From the NCBI GenBank assembly GCA_964342365.1, contig CAYFGW010000002.1, positions 1 through 51,903 of the forward strand: a DNA stretch of 51,903 nt, read 5' to 3'. Under the pieces are notes generated by a model. The model saw only the letters and a program-made list of their open reading frames with translations, did not search any database and was not told where the DNA came from. Of the stretch, positions 43,779 through 51,903 are shown in pieces. The DNA comes from an uncultured Candidatus Sericytochromatia bacterium (GTDB lineage: Bacteria; Cyanobacteriota; Sericytochromatia; UBA7694). The translations under genes were made by a program, and so were the position numbers. Positions within the stretch are counted from its first letter, which is position 1; the number at the start of each line of letters is the position of its first letter.

Positions 43779-45323
43779 ATGCATCATGAAATCACGACCC
43801 TCCTCACACTCTTAATGATCGCCACTTCTGTGGCCATGCTCGTTCGCTATATTAATTTGCCATACACCGTTATGCTGGTACTGGGCGGCTTATTATTGGG
43901 ACTCCTGCACTACTTACCCGAGGTGCAAATGTCCCCGGAAGTGGTCATGACCATCTTCTTACCGATCTTACTTTTCGAAGCGGCTATTAACCTTGAATAC
44001 AGTCACTTACGATCAGACTTGAAGCCCATTCTAACCTTTGCAGTGCCCGGGGTACTCATTAGTCTATTGATTACCGGAGCCTGTATGCATTATGGCGCAG
44101 GCTTTCCCTGGGCTATTGCCCTTTTGTTTGGCTCGCTCATTGTGGCCACAGACCCCGTATCCGTGCTGGCCATTTTTAAGAAGCTGGGGGTTCCCCCTCG
44201 TTTGACCGCCCTGGTAGAGGGAGAAAGTCTATTCAATGACGGCACGGCAGTAGTGGCTTTTCAGATTGTACTGGCCATGGTGGTCACAGGTAACTTCAGT
44301 GTTATGGCTAGCGTACAGAAGTTTTTATTTGTGTGCTTTGGGGGTCTGGCCACCGGGCTTATTCTGAGTTATGCCGCCATTGTGCTGCTCGAAAAATTTG
44401 ACGATCATTTACTGGAACTTATGATTACCACCGTTTTGGCCTATAGCGCTTATCTGGTGGCTGAGCATTTTCACGTTTCCGGCGTTATTGCAGTAGTGAG
44501 TGCTGGCATTATGATGGGCAATCTGGGCTGGGCCAAAGCTATGACTCCCACGACGCGAGTGGCCATTTCTACGTTCTGGGAATTTGCGGCCTTTATCATC
44601 AATTCGCTGATCTTTCTGCTCATCGGTCTACAAATTCACCTGGAGTACTTAGTGGAGTTTTTGCCCACGATTGGTATAGGCATTGTGGCACTGTTTGCAG
44701 GCCGCATGTTGTCCATATACCCGCTGGCAGGCCTACTCAATGTGATGAACGCCAAAATCCCCTTTAAGTGGACCCATATTTTAGTCTGGGGTAACCTCAA
44801 GGGCGCGTTGTCCATGGCACTGGTCATGAGTCTGCCAGAAAATGTGCCCTATCGCCGTGAGTTGTTAATCACTATTTTTGGTGTGGTGCTTTTTTCTCTA
44901 CTGGTACAGGGCGTCACCATGGGCCGCTTTCTGGGTTTCCTGGGTATTGGTAAAAAGAATGAAATAGTAGAAGCTTTTGAAGCACAGCGCGGCACTTTGC
45001 TGGGACTCCGGTCTGGCTTAAGTTCTCTGGAACAGATGTATGCCCAGGGCAAGGTGGGAGCCACGTTGTATCAGGAGAAAAAATCCACTTATGCAGCGAG
45101 CATCGAGGCCGCAGAAAATACCATTACTGCAATGATGAACAGCCACAAAGAACTGGCCACCTTACAAAGTAATTCGGTGCGTCGCCATTTGTTGATCGCG
45201 CAAAAAAGCAGCTACCGCGAAGCCTTTCGCAGCGGACTACTTTCGGAAAGTACGGCCCACGACCTTATTCGCAATGTCAACAACGAATTAGAGGCCATGG
45301 AGCAGTCTGAAGAAGGACATTAA
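43779..45323 (+). CDS. Na+/H+ (cation:proton) antiporter, CPA1/NhaP type, with a cytoplasmic C-terminal tail
   Basis: 514 aa and multi-TM. It has the ATDPVSV motif and ESLFNDG. Confidence 0.85.
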   Translation: MHHEITTLLTLLMIATSVAMLVRYINLPYTVMLVLGGLLLGLLHYLPEVQMSPEVVMTIFLPILLFEAAINLEYSHLRSDLKPILTFAVPGVLISLLITGACMHYGAGFPWAIALLFGSLIVATDPVSVLAIFKKLGVPPRLTALVEGESLFNDGTAVVAFQIVLAMVVTGNFSVMASVQKFLFVCFGGLATGLILSYAAIVLLEKFDDHLLELMITTVLAYSAYLVAEHFHVSGVIAVVSAGIMMGNLGWAKAMTPTTRVAISTFWEFAAFIINSLIFLLIGLQIHLEYLVEFLPTIGIGIVALFAGRMLSIYPLAGLLNVMNAKIPFKWTHILVWGNLKGALSMALVMSLPENVPYRRELLITIFGVVLFSLLVQGVTMGRFLGFLGIGKKNEIVEAFEAQRGTLLGLRSGLSSLEQMYAQGKVGATLYQEKKSTYAASIEAAENTITAMMNSHKELATLQSNSVRRHLLIAQKSSYREAFRSGLLSESTAHDLIRNVNNELEAMEQSEEGH

Positions 45324-45402
45324 CTCCCGGTGAATTGTCCTGATCCCCCTGCGGATAAAGGTTAAGATCCCGTACAATGGTAAAACCATTGACCACCGGG
45401 AG
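45324..45402 (+). promoter_or_regulatory. Structured leader: a 9-bp long-range stem that sequesters the Shine-Dalgarno of the NIF3-like gene
   Basis: CTCCCGGTG (45324..45332) pairs perfectly with CACCGGGAG (45394..45402). An inner hairpin is formed by CAATGG (45375..45380) / CCATTG (45386..45391). GGGAG (45398..45402) lies 8 nt before ATG 45411. Confidence 0.35.
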
Positions 45403-45410
45403 CTGACCAC

Positions 45411-46379
45411 ATGCGTATCTGGGACTTGTACAAATTAGCCATTGATATGGGAATCAAAACGGATCCCCGCGGGCGCGAAGCCGTCTTAAAATTACTTGAA
45501 GACAAGCAAAACGATTATTACGAAGCACCGGATGCCCATCCCGGTAACCAAAAAAACCTCTTAGACAAAGAACTCTTACACAACCCCTACCCCGACACAC
45601 GCCTGCTTGGGGGCCAGCCAGACACCGAAATCAAACATATGTTTGTAGGCATAGACGTGGGTACAGCAGAACTGATGCTGGTGGACCGCCTCAATCAAAA
45701 GGGGGCAGAAATCGATCTGGTGATGGCCCATCACCCGGAAGGCATTGCTCTCACCACCCTGGCGGAAGCCATGGGACTGCAAGCCGATATGTTCTCCTGC
45801 TGCGGTGTTCCCATTAATGCCGCCGAACATATTTTAGAAGGCGAAGCCGAAAAAACCACCATTGATTTGATCACGGGCAATTATAACCGCACCGTGGACG
45901 CCGCCCGTTTACTGGATTTACCCTTTATGTGTGTGCATACGCCCGCAGACAATCTCGTGCAGCACTACTGGGAAGAGCGCTTTCACAATGAAGCCCCTGC
46001 CACCCTTGGGGATATTATGGATATGCTGAATGGCGAACCGGAATACATAGAAGCCAGCAAGTTTGCTGCAGGCCCCCAACTGCTTTCCGGCAGTCGTGAC
46101 AAGCGTCCGGGCAAAATCATGGTGGACATGACCGGCGGCACCGATGCCGGTCCCAAACTCTATCAAAAGTTGGGAGCCGCCGGTGTAGGTACATTGGTGG
46201 CCATGCATATGTCCAACGGCACCCTGGAAATTCTTCAGGAAAACCACATTAACGTCATTTTGGCGGGCCATATGTCCAGCGATTCTCTGGGACTCAATCT
46301 GTATCTGGATCAGGTGGAAGCCAAAGGTGTTAAGGTCACCGCCGGAGCGGGGCTGACTCGCTTTAGCCGCAACCCATGA
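45411..46379 (+). CDS. NIF3 (YbgI/DUF34)-superfamily dinuclear-metal protein, tentative
   Basis: 322 aa. IDLVMAHHPEG, FMCVHTPADN and VILAGHMSSD sit in the order of the NIF3 metal-ligand motifs. The stop overlaps the dnaX start (ATGA). Confidence 0.5.
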   Translation: MRIWDLYKLAIDMGIKTDPRGREAVLKLLEDKQNDYYEAPDAHPGNQKNLLDKELLHNPYPDTRLLGGQPDTEIKHMFVGIDVGTAELMLVDRLNQKGAEIDLVMAHHPEGIALTTLAEAMGLQADMFSCCGVPINAAEHILEGEAEKTTIDLITGNYNRTVDAARLLDLPFMCVHTPADNLVQHYWEERFHNEAPATLGDIMDMLNGEPEYIEASKFAAGPQLLSGSRDKRPGKIMVDMTGGTDAGPKLYQKLGAAGVGTLVAMHMSNGTLEILQENHINVILAGHMSSDSLGLNLYLDQVEAKGVKVTAGAGLTRFSRNP

Positions 46380-48487
46380 AACACTTAGCGCTCTATCGTA
46401 AATGGCGTCCTCAGCGCTTTTCAGACGTGGTGGGTCAGGAGCACGTTTCACGTACTCTCTTAAACGCTATCCGACTGGACCGCCTGGCGCACGCCTATTT
46501 GTTCTGCGGCCCACGCGGGACGGGCAAAACCAGTTCCGCACGCCTGCTGGCAAAAGCCCTCAACTGCGAAAACCCTCAAAACGAAGAGCCCTGTAACGTG
46601 TGTCAGAGCTGCGAAGAAATTACCGCCGGCCGTTCTCTGGACGTGATTGAAATTGACGCGGCCTCCAATCGCGGTATTGACGCGGCCAGAGATTTGCGAG
46701 AACAGGTGCGTTTTTCTGCCAGCGCGGGACGCTACCGGGTGTTTATTATTGACGAGTTTCATATGCTCACCAAAGAGGCGTTCAACGCCCTTTTGAAAAC
46801 CCTTGAAGAACCCCCTGAAAAAGTGATTTTCGTACTGGCCACCACAGAACCTCACGAGGTACTGGCCACCATTGTTTCTCGCTGCCAACGCTTTGATTTT
46901 CAGCGCATCGGGGTTCCCGATATGCGCACGTACTTACGCAAAATCGCCGATCAGGAAAATATTGGCATTTCCGATACCGCCTTAGACGCCCTTTCTCGTA
47001 AGGCCAACGGCGGTTTGCGAGACGGCATGAGTCTACTGGATCAGGTACAGGCCATTGGTGAACCCGGCGAAGCCCTGCCCGACCCACTGGTGTATGTCAC
47101 CCTGGGGTTGGTGCAGGAAGATGCATTGATCGACTTACTGTCCTCCGCATTTCGAGGGGATCCAGAAACCCTGATTCAAAATACCCGCACCCTGCTGGAA
47201 CAGGGACACGACGCCATGCAGCTGGTACAGGAACTGATTCAGCTGCTGCGCCATTTGAGCCTGGCTCATCTGCCCGAAGATACCCTGGCAAATCTCAGCG
47301 TACCGGGACATCTTATAGCGCCTCTAAAAGCGCTCCATCGCGACGTTTCCAGAGGAGATCAGGTGCGCGCGCTGGACCTGCTGCTTCGCACCGGAGATCG
47401 GTTACACCGCTGCTCACAGCCGGACATCTGGCTGGAAGCAGACTTACTCTGTCTTTGCCTTCAGAGCGAAAATGCCCTGCTCAAACGGGTAGAAACCCTG
47501 GAGTCCCGGCTCAGGGAGGGGGGCGTGCCTTCTGTACCGCAACACAGCGTCTCTCGCGCCCCCAAGGTTCCCGTGACGGCTCCCCCGGAACCTCAGGCTC
47601 CCGCAGCACCTCCTGCACCTGCCGTTGTGGCCTCACCACCACCGCCTCCGGCAGACAACGAACCCAACGTTTCTCTGGAAAATATGCCGGCTCCCATTGA
47701 AAAAGCCAGCAATCCGGAAGATCTTCCCGCCCTGTGGGACGCCTTCTTAGAAGCGGTAAAAACCCACCAAAAGCCTGTCATTGGTTTTTTGATGAACGGC
47801 GAACTCCAGCGGGTGGATGCCGAGAACCAGCTCTGGTTTCTGGCCTTCAAGGGACGTTTTCAGCGGGACCGTATTCAGAAAAAGTTAAGCGATCGCACCC
47901 TGCAAGATCTCGTCTCTCAGATTATGGGCATGCCTTATAATATTGAAGTATTTTTGGCTGGAGAGTCTCCCTCTTCACCACCAGCGAGCCCGGTCGCAGA
48001 AACCGCCACAGCAACCGCCACAAGCACAACAGAAAAAAAAAAGCCTGAAGTCGCCCCCCCCGCACCTCCCGTAAAGAGAGAGCCTGTACCCGAAGATTCC
48101 CTTAACGAGCAGCCCTTCGATGCGCCTTCCTTTGACGAGGAGGGCGACATGGTAGATATGTCTTACTTACCAGAGGCCTCTGTAGCAGAACCACCACCGG
48201 TGAGCCCGTCAATGATTGATGCCCTGCCCGTGCCTTCTAAAGAAATTGCTCCTTTGCCTCCCCCCGTAGCCCCCGCTTCCTCCCTTGCGCCCACCTCAAT
48301 ACCTACGCCCACGCCGGAAAAATCGCCTTCTGAGCAAACATCGTCCCCTGAACAAAAATCACCTCACGAGCAGGGCGCTGAAGATACCTTGCCCATCGAA
48401 AGTCTTCAGGAAGTGGCGGATTTATTCAAAGGTAAAATCGTGGCCCGGCGCAATCCCGCCTCAGAATCTTCTCCCTCAAAAACATAG
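46376..48487 (+). CDS. dnaX: DNA polymerase III subunit gamma/tau
   Basis: 703 aa with YRKWRPQRFSDVVGQEHV, Walker A GPRGTGKTS, the zinc module CNVCQSCEEI, IIDEFHML and SRCQRFDF. A Pro/Ala-rich linker and C-terminal domains follow. Confidence 0.95.
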   Translation: MKHLALYRKWRPQRFSDVVGQEHVSRTLLNAIRLDRLAHAYLFCGPRGTGKTSSARLLAKALNCENPQNEEPCNVCQSCEEITAGRSLDVIEIDAASNRGIDAARDLREQVRFSASAGRYRVFIIDEFHMLTKEAFNALLKTLEEPPEKVIFVLATTEPHEVLATIVSRCQRFDFQRIGVPDMRTYLRKIADQENIGISDTALDALSRKANGGLRDGMSLLDQVQAIGEPGEALPDPLVYVTLGLVQEDALIDLLSSAFRGDPETLIQNTRTLLEQGHDAMQLVQELIQLLRHLSLAHLPEDTLANLSVPGHLIAPLKALHRDVSRGDQVRALDLLLRTGDRLHRCSQPDIWLEADLLCLCLQSENALLKRVETLESRLREGGVPSVPQHSVSRAPKVPVTAPPEPQAPAAPPAPAVVASPPPPPADNEPNVSLENMPAPIEKASNPEDLPALWDAFLEAVKTHQKPVIGFLMNGELQRVDAENQLWFLAFKGRFQRDRIQKKLSDRTLQDLVSQIMGMPYNIEVFLAGESPSSPPASPVAETATATATSTTEKKKPEVAPPAPPVKREPVPEDSLNEQPFDAPSFDEEGDMVDMSYLPEASVAEPPPVSPSMIDALPVPSKEIAPLPPPVAPASSLAPTSIPTPTPEKSPSEQTSSPEQKSPHEQGAEDTLPIESLQEVADLFKGKIVARRNPASESSPSKT
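48033..48048 (+). other. Candidate programmed -1 frameshift / transcriptional slippage site in dnaX (A10 run containing A AAA AAG, with a -1 frame TGA two codons later)
   Basis: A-run at 48033..48042. The zero frame reads GAA AAA AAA AAG CCT GAA. After a -1 slip the next codons are GCC TGA (48043..48048). The +1 frame also terminates, at TAA 48072..48074. Confidence 0.4.
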
Positions 48488-49533
48488 GCAGCCAGAATCA
48501 GGCACGTTATGCCCATGACCCGGAAATCCAGAATCAGCGCATCCGCCAGAGAAAGCAGCAGAAGCGCCAGCACACTCTGCCCATAAAGACTCTTGTAAAT
48601 CCGCCGGTGCCCCTGCTTGCGCCACAACGCATAAATAAGGAGCGTAAAAAAAGCGAGGGCCGCGGGCACACCGCTTTCGGCAGCCACCTGCAAGCCCCAG
48701 TTATGCAAATGCGCTGCTCGGGGCCAGCCGCTGTGCACATGCTGATAAGCAGATTCCACAGATAAAATACCCACACCGGTGATGGGGAATTGCGCAATCA
48801 TTTGCAGGGCTACCTCGAAAATAACCCTTCGCCCGGTGGCGTGAGTAAAATCGAAACCGCGCAAGGACAGAGCCCCCGTAAATTTTAGTAGCAGCGTACC
48901 CATCAGCACCAGTAATAAAGCCATCAACCCTTTACGGAAGTAGGGCGTCGACCGGGCGTTCCAGAGTTGAATACCTATAATCAGCCCCAGGCCCAACAGC
49001 GCGTTGCGAGAACCGCTCCCCAGCACAACCATTATTAACAAACCGTGCAGCAGACTCTGCAGCAGCCCGTGTGGCAACAGCGCCTGGCGTGACGAAAAAT
49101 ACAGGGGCCAGAGTATGACCAGCAGGCCCGACAAAATATTGGGGTTGATCCCCATGTTTAAACCCCATACCTGTGAGCAATACAAACTCACAGCTCCCCA
49201 GAGCGACAGACCCAGAGCTGCACCCAGAAGCGCCCTGTGCAAAAGCATCAGGCGGTTTTTTTCTGCCTGAAGCCACTGGTAAGCACTCCACGTCAACAGA
49301 GCCGGCACCATATAGCGAGCCAAAAAACCCGCCACGTGGAGCCCCGGCTGAGCGGTCGTTGTAAGAGGCATCAACAGCAATAAAAGGGCCGGAAGCGCCA
49401 GCATTTTCCAGGGAAATGACGCAGGTTTAAGGGTTTTTACGCCGGGAAATACGATGAGAGGTGCCCCCAGAGCGCTTACAATGGGAAACAGCACGACCCC
49501 CAATAAAAACAGTCTCTCGCTTGTCATTCTCAT
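48406..49533 (-). CDS. O-antigen ligase / O-antigen polymerase family membrane protein (Wzy_C domain)
   Basis: 375 aa and multi-TM. The periplasmic loop motif AAHLHNWGLQVAAESGVPAALAF is typical of the family. The 3' end overlaps the dnaX 3' end by 82 nt, convergently. Confidence 0.8.
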   Translation of the reverse strand: MRMTSERLFLLGVVLFPIVSALGAPLIVFPGVKTLKPASFPWKMLALPALLLLLMPLTTTAQPGLHVAGFLARYMVPALLTWSAYQWLQAEKNRLMLLHRALLGAALGLSLWGAVSLYCSQVWGLNMGINPNILSGLLVILWPLYFSSRQALLPHGLLQSLLHGLLIMVVLGSGSRNALLGLGLIIGIQLWNARSTPYFRKGLMALLLVLMGTLLLKFTGALSLRGFDFTHATGRRVIFEVALQMIAQFPITGVGILSVESAYQHVHSGWPRAAHLHNWGLQVAAESGVPAALAFFTLLIYALWRKQGHRRIYKSLYGQSVLALLLLSLADALILDFRVMGITCLILAAYVFEGEDSEAGLRRATILPLNKSATS

Positions 49534-50420
49534 GATGGTGTATATTTGTCCCAGCGGTTATAGCTCCAGAGCCAGTTTTCAGGGTATTTGCGGATCATCT
49601 TTTCAATGTCATCATAGAGAGCCTGCGTAAAGGACAGGTCCGTATCTTGCTGTTCATAAAAACGAGCGGGCAAATACTCAATGATCTGTTGATTGCCCCA
49701 CCAGCGCGCAAAAACAGGCACCACCGCAGCTCCCGTTCGACGGGCCAGGGCTCCCGGTCCCGCCGGTAAGGACACAGTTTTTCCCATCAACGACCCGATC
49801 AACTGCTCACTTTCACCGTGCTGATCAATGACCAACCCCACCACTTCCTGGCGTCGCAACGCCCTGAGCAAAGTTCCCATGCCCTTATAGCTGTCGTTAT
49901 TGACGGTGTTAACTCCCGCAAAGCCGCGAAAGGTGGTGAACAAACGCTCAAAATAGGGTTCAGCGGGTTTTTGTACTAGCACCGTGGTGGGATGCCCCTG
50001 AAGGGCACTCAGAGCCGGAATATACTCCCAGCAGCCAAAATGGGCCGACACGAGAATAACTCCCTTCCCACGCCCGTAAGCCGCCTGGTAATGATTGTCC
50101 CCCACCAACAAGACGTGACGCGGCAGTTGATGGGAGCGTAAATCAACTGCCCCCTCATGCCGCTGTCGCCACTGCCAAAATCGTAAAAAATCCACAATGG
50201 CCCAGAGAAAGGTTTTCACATGCTGCCGGGCGATTCTATCTTGCTCTTTTTTAGAGAGGGAGGGAAAGGATTGATGGATATGCCCTTGCAAAAGCCGACG
50301 CCAGGGCGTCAAGCGGTACACGCCATACAAAAGGCCCGCAAACGTACTGCCAAGATGCAGGGCTTGCGGGCGCGATAGATAGCTAAAAAAGCGAGCCAGA
50401 GCACATAGAAAAGCGTACAT
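49530..50420 (-). CDS. Lipid A biosynthesis (Kdo)2-lipid IVA acyltransferase (LpxL/HtrB family)
   Basis: 296 aa with an N-terminal membrane anchor. It has the HX4E acyltransferase motif SAHFGCWEY, and YPENWLWSYNRWK-like end. ATGA-type 4-nt overlap with the downstream ligase gene. Confidence 0.8.
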   Translation of the reverse strand: MYAFLCALARFFSYLSRPQALHLGSTFAGLLYGVYRLTPWRRLLQGHIHQSFPSLSKKEQDRIARQHVKTFLWAIVDFLRFWQWRQRHEGAVDLRSHQLPRHVLLVGDNHYQAAYGRGKGVILVSAHFGCWEYIPALSALQGHPTTVLVQKPAEPYFERLFTTFRGFAGVNTVNNDSYKGMGTLLRALRRQEVVGLVIDQHGESEQLIGSLMGKTVSLPAGPGALARRTGAAVVPVFARWWGNQQIIEYLPARFYEQQDTDLSFTQALYDDIEKMIRKYPENWLWSYNRWDKYTPS

Positions 50421-50432
50421 GCTCTGACATAC

Positions 50433-51785
50433 TTAAGCTTCTACAGCTTCTTCTGCAGGAGCTTCCTCTTTAGCTTCTTCTACTTCGTCGGTGATATTGA
50501 TATTGTTATTATCCATCACCCAGTCAATAATTTTGTAACTCAGCAGCTCATCCATGAGGGCCACCATGCGGTTATTTTCTTGCAACTGAGCACGCACCTG
50601 AGCTTCTTCCACACCGTGGGTTTCTGCCAGTTCCTTGATTTCTTCATTCACCTCTTCATCGGTGAGCTGAAGCTCTTCTTCACGAGCAATGGCGCCCAGA
50701 ACGAGAGTAGTTTTAATACGCTGTTCAGCGGTTTCTTTCATGTCTTCACGCTGCATCCAGTGGATCCAGGAAGCCTGTAAGGTTTTTTCGTTGACCTTGG
50801 CCTGGCTTAACTGTTGACCTTCCGACATTTGCCACATAGCAAACAGCTCACGGTTCATCATGGATTCGGGGATTTCCACCTCTGCATTGGCCACGACTTT
50901 GTCCAGAACGTTTTGTTGCTTTTGCACTTCAAACTGCTCTTCAGAATCTTCAGCCAGCTCTTCTTTGATGCGTTCTTTTAACTCATCCAGAGAATTCAGT
51001 TCACTGTCCACGGTGGAAGCCAGGTCGTCATCCAACTCGGCCAGTTCCACTTCTTTAAGCTCCAGCAGGTTCACGTTAAAAGTAATGGGCTTTTCACGCA
51101 GGTCCTGTACGTAGTAGTCATCGGGGAAGGTGAGGGTAAATTCTTTATCGCTGTCCACTTCCATGCCCACAATATGATCGGAGAAGCCTTTCACAAAGCT
51201 GTCTTCGTTCAGTTCAAAGGTCATTTCCTTAGATTCGCCCAGGTCAATGGCTTCGCCTTCAATGCTGCCCTCGATACGCAGGGTGGCAAGATCGCCCATT
51301 TGCGCCGCGCGGTCATCCACAGGAATGAGTACAGCATGCTCCCGCTGAAGATGCTCTAACTGTTCGTTGATGCGTTCGTCGGTGACTTCTTCCTGAGGAG
51401 GGGTGTTTACGTCAATGTCTTTGTATTGACCCAGCTTCACTTCAGGACGCACTTCTACAACGGCCTTGTATACGAAGGGCTGACCGATTTCCACCTGTAC
51501 GGGCTCAATTTGAGGCTCCGCAATGGCTTCAATATTTTGCTCAGTGAGAGCCTGCTGGTAAGAAGTGGACATGGCGTTTTGAAACAGCTCTTGCTTGAGA
51601 CGGTCTGCATCAATATGCTTTTCTACAAGGTGCTTGGGAACTTTGCCCTTGCGGAAGCCTTTGATTTTGAGATCGCGGCTGTACATTCTGATGGTGTTGT
51701 TATATTCTTTGGCAATGCTATCGCCTTCAACTTCAACCTGAAGATGAATTTTATTGCTTTCTTGCTTTTCGACGGTAACTTTCAT
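50433..51785 (-). CDS. tig: Trigger factor
   Basis: 450 aa. The N-terminal ribosome-binding signature is KIKGFRKGKVP, with an FKBP-like middle domain and an acidic C-terminus. Confidence 0.95.
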   Translation of the reverse strand: MKVTVEKQESNKIHLQVEVEGDSIAKEYNNTIRMYSRDLKIKGFRKGKVPKHLVEKHIDADRLKQELFQNAMSTSYQQALTEQNIEAIAEPQIEPVQVEIGQPFVYKAVVEVRPEVKLGQYKDIDVNTPPQEEVTDERINEQLEHLQREHAVLIPVDDRAAQMGDLATLRIEGSIEGEAIDLGESKEMTFELNEDSFVKGFSDHIVGMEVDSDKEFTLTFPDDYYVQDLREKPITFNVNLLELKEVELAELDDDLASTVDSELNSLDELKERIKEELAEDSEEQFEVQKQQNVLDKVVANAEVEIPESMMNRELFAMWQMSEGQQLSQAKVNEKTLQASWIHWMQREDMKETAEQRIKTTLVLGAIAREEELQLTDEEVNEEIKELAETHGVEEAQVRAQLQENNRMVALMDELLSYKIIDWVMDNNNINITDEVEEAKEEAPAEEAVEA

Positions 51786-51903
51786 AATCGAATCCTCCGG
51801 TGGATGGTTGCGTGTTGTGTGAGGGTATCTGGCGTCAAAATGCGCGCGAGGTAAGCAACGATACGCCCAACAATACGGTTTTGCACTACTCAGTGTACTA
51901 CCA

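Noticed and set aside
47500-48400. Pro/Ala/Ser-rich repetitive coding and several overlapping 60-85-aa ORFs inside dnaX
   Set aside because: This is the low-complexity tau linker region. The alternative-frame ORFs are compositional artefacts of GC/Pro-rich sequence, not separate genes or a repeat array.
1-51903. CRISPR arrays, rRNA genes, transposases, integrases, prophage structural genes
   Set aside because: I scanned for regularly spaced direct repeats and for characteristic protein motifs in the ORF track and found none. The only repeats are the short ones reported above.

Overview
The window is about 51.9 kb of chromosomal DNA, roughly 50% GC by eye, from an unidentified diderm bacterium. 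TolC, Wza/Wzz, LpxL and O-antigen ligase homologues are all present. I support about 50 protein genes and one tRNA-Cys. I saw no rRNA, CRISPR array, transposase or integrase. Gene order, left to right: (1) feoB(partial)/feoA, then a 420-bp extremely AT-rich divergent control region, then a small Cys-rich ORF translationally coupled to flavodoxin. (2) A tripartite RND efflux operon (adaptor, pump, TolC-like). (3) An AGCS-family symporter carrying a roughly 100-aa insertion. (4) A hypothetical protein, then tRNA-Cys. (5) A SAM-methyltransferase fused to a degenerate DUF692 (MNIO)-like domain, followed by a DUF2063-like partner. (6) A 12.5-kb all-minus-strand array: small acidic ORF, HMG-CoA lyase, lipoprotein, TspO-like, Wzz-like, Wza-like, zinc-ribbon protein, membrane-anchored lipocalin, EF-hand lipoprotein, triple-repeat glycine-zipper protein, an AT-rich islet of three small orphan genes (two are tandem paralogues), a GC-rich structured element, and a translationally coupled pair of a TraB/TIKI-like 605-aa protein and an AAA_5/MoxR-like ATPase with a hyper-acidic tail. 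(7) An envelope-stress block: lipoprotein MsrB, a secreted Asp/Met-rich protein, a duplicated Spy/CpxP/ZraP-like protein, an OmpR-type regulator and a histidine kinase. (8) A fused AdoMet decarboxylase-spermidine synthase. (9) A tightly overlapping 10.4-kb CDP-hexose modification operon: rfbF, rfbG, two TylCIII-like methyltransferases, RmlC-like epimerase, PhyH dioxygenase, GNAT, WbqC, CmcI-like methyltransferase, DegT aminotransferase and a GT-A-like protein. (10) A PaaX-like regulator, DUF3089 hydrolase, NhaP antiporter, NIF3-like protein, dnaX, O-antigen ligase, LpxL-type acyltransferase and trigger factor. The dnaX gene has an E. coli-like A AAA AAG slippery run followed by an immediate -1 stop. 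The best candidates for undescribed biology are the AAA_5 + TraB-like module with its adjacent AT-rich orphan islet, the methyltransferase-MNIO-like/DUF2063-like pair, and the CDP-sugar tailoring operon. All family assignments rest on motif recognition by eye, since no searches could be run.
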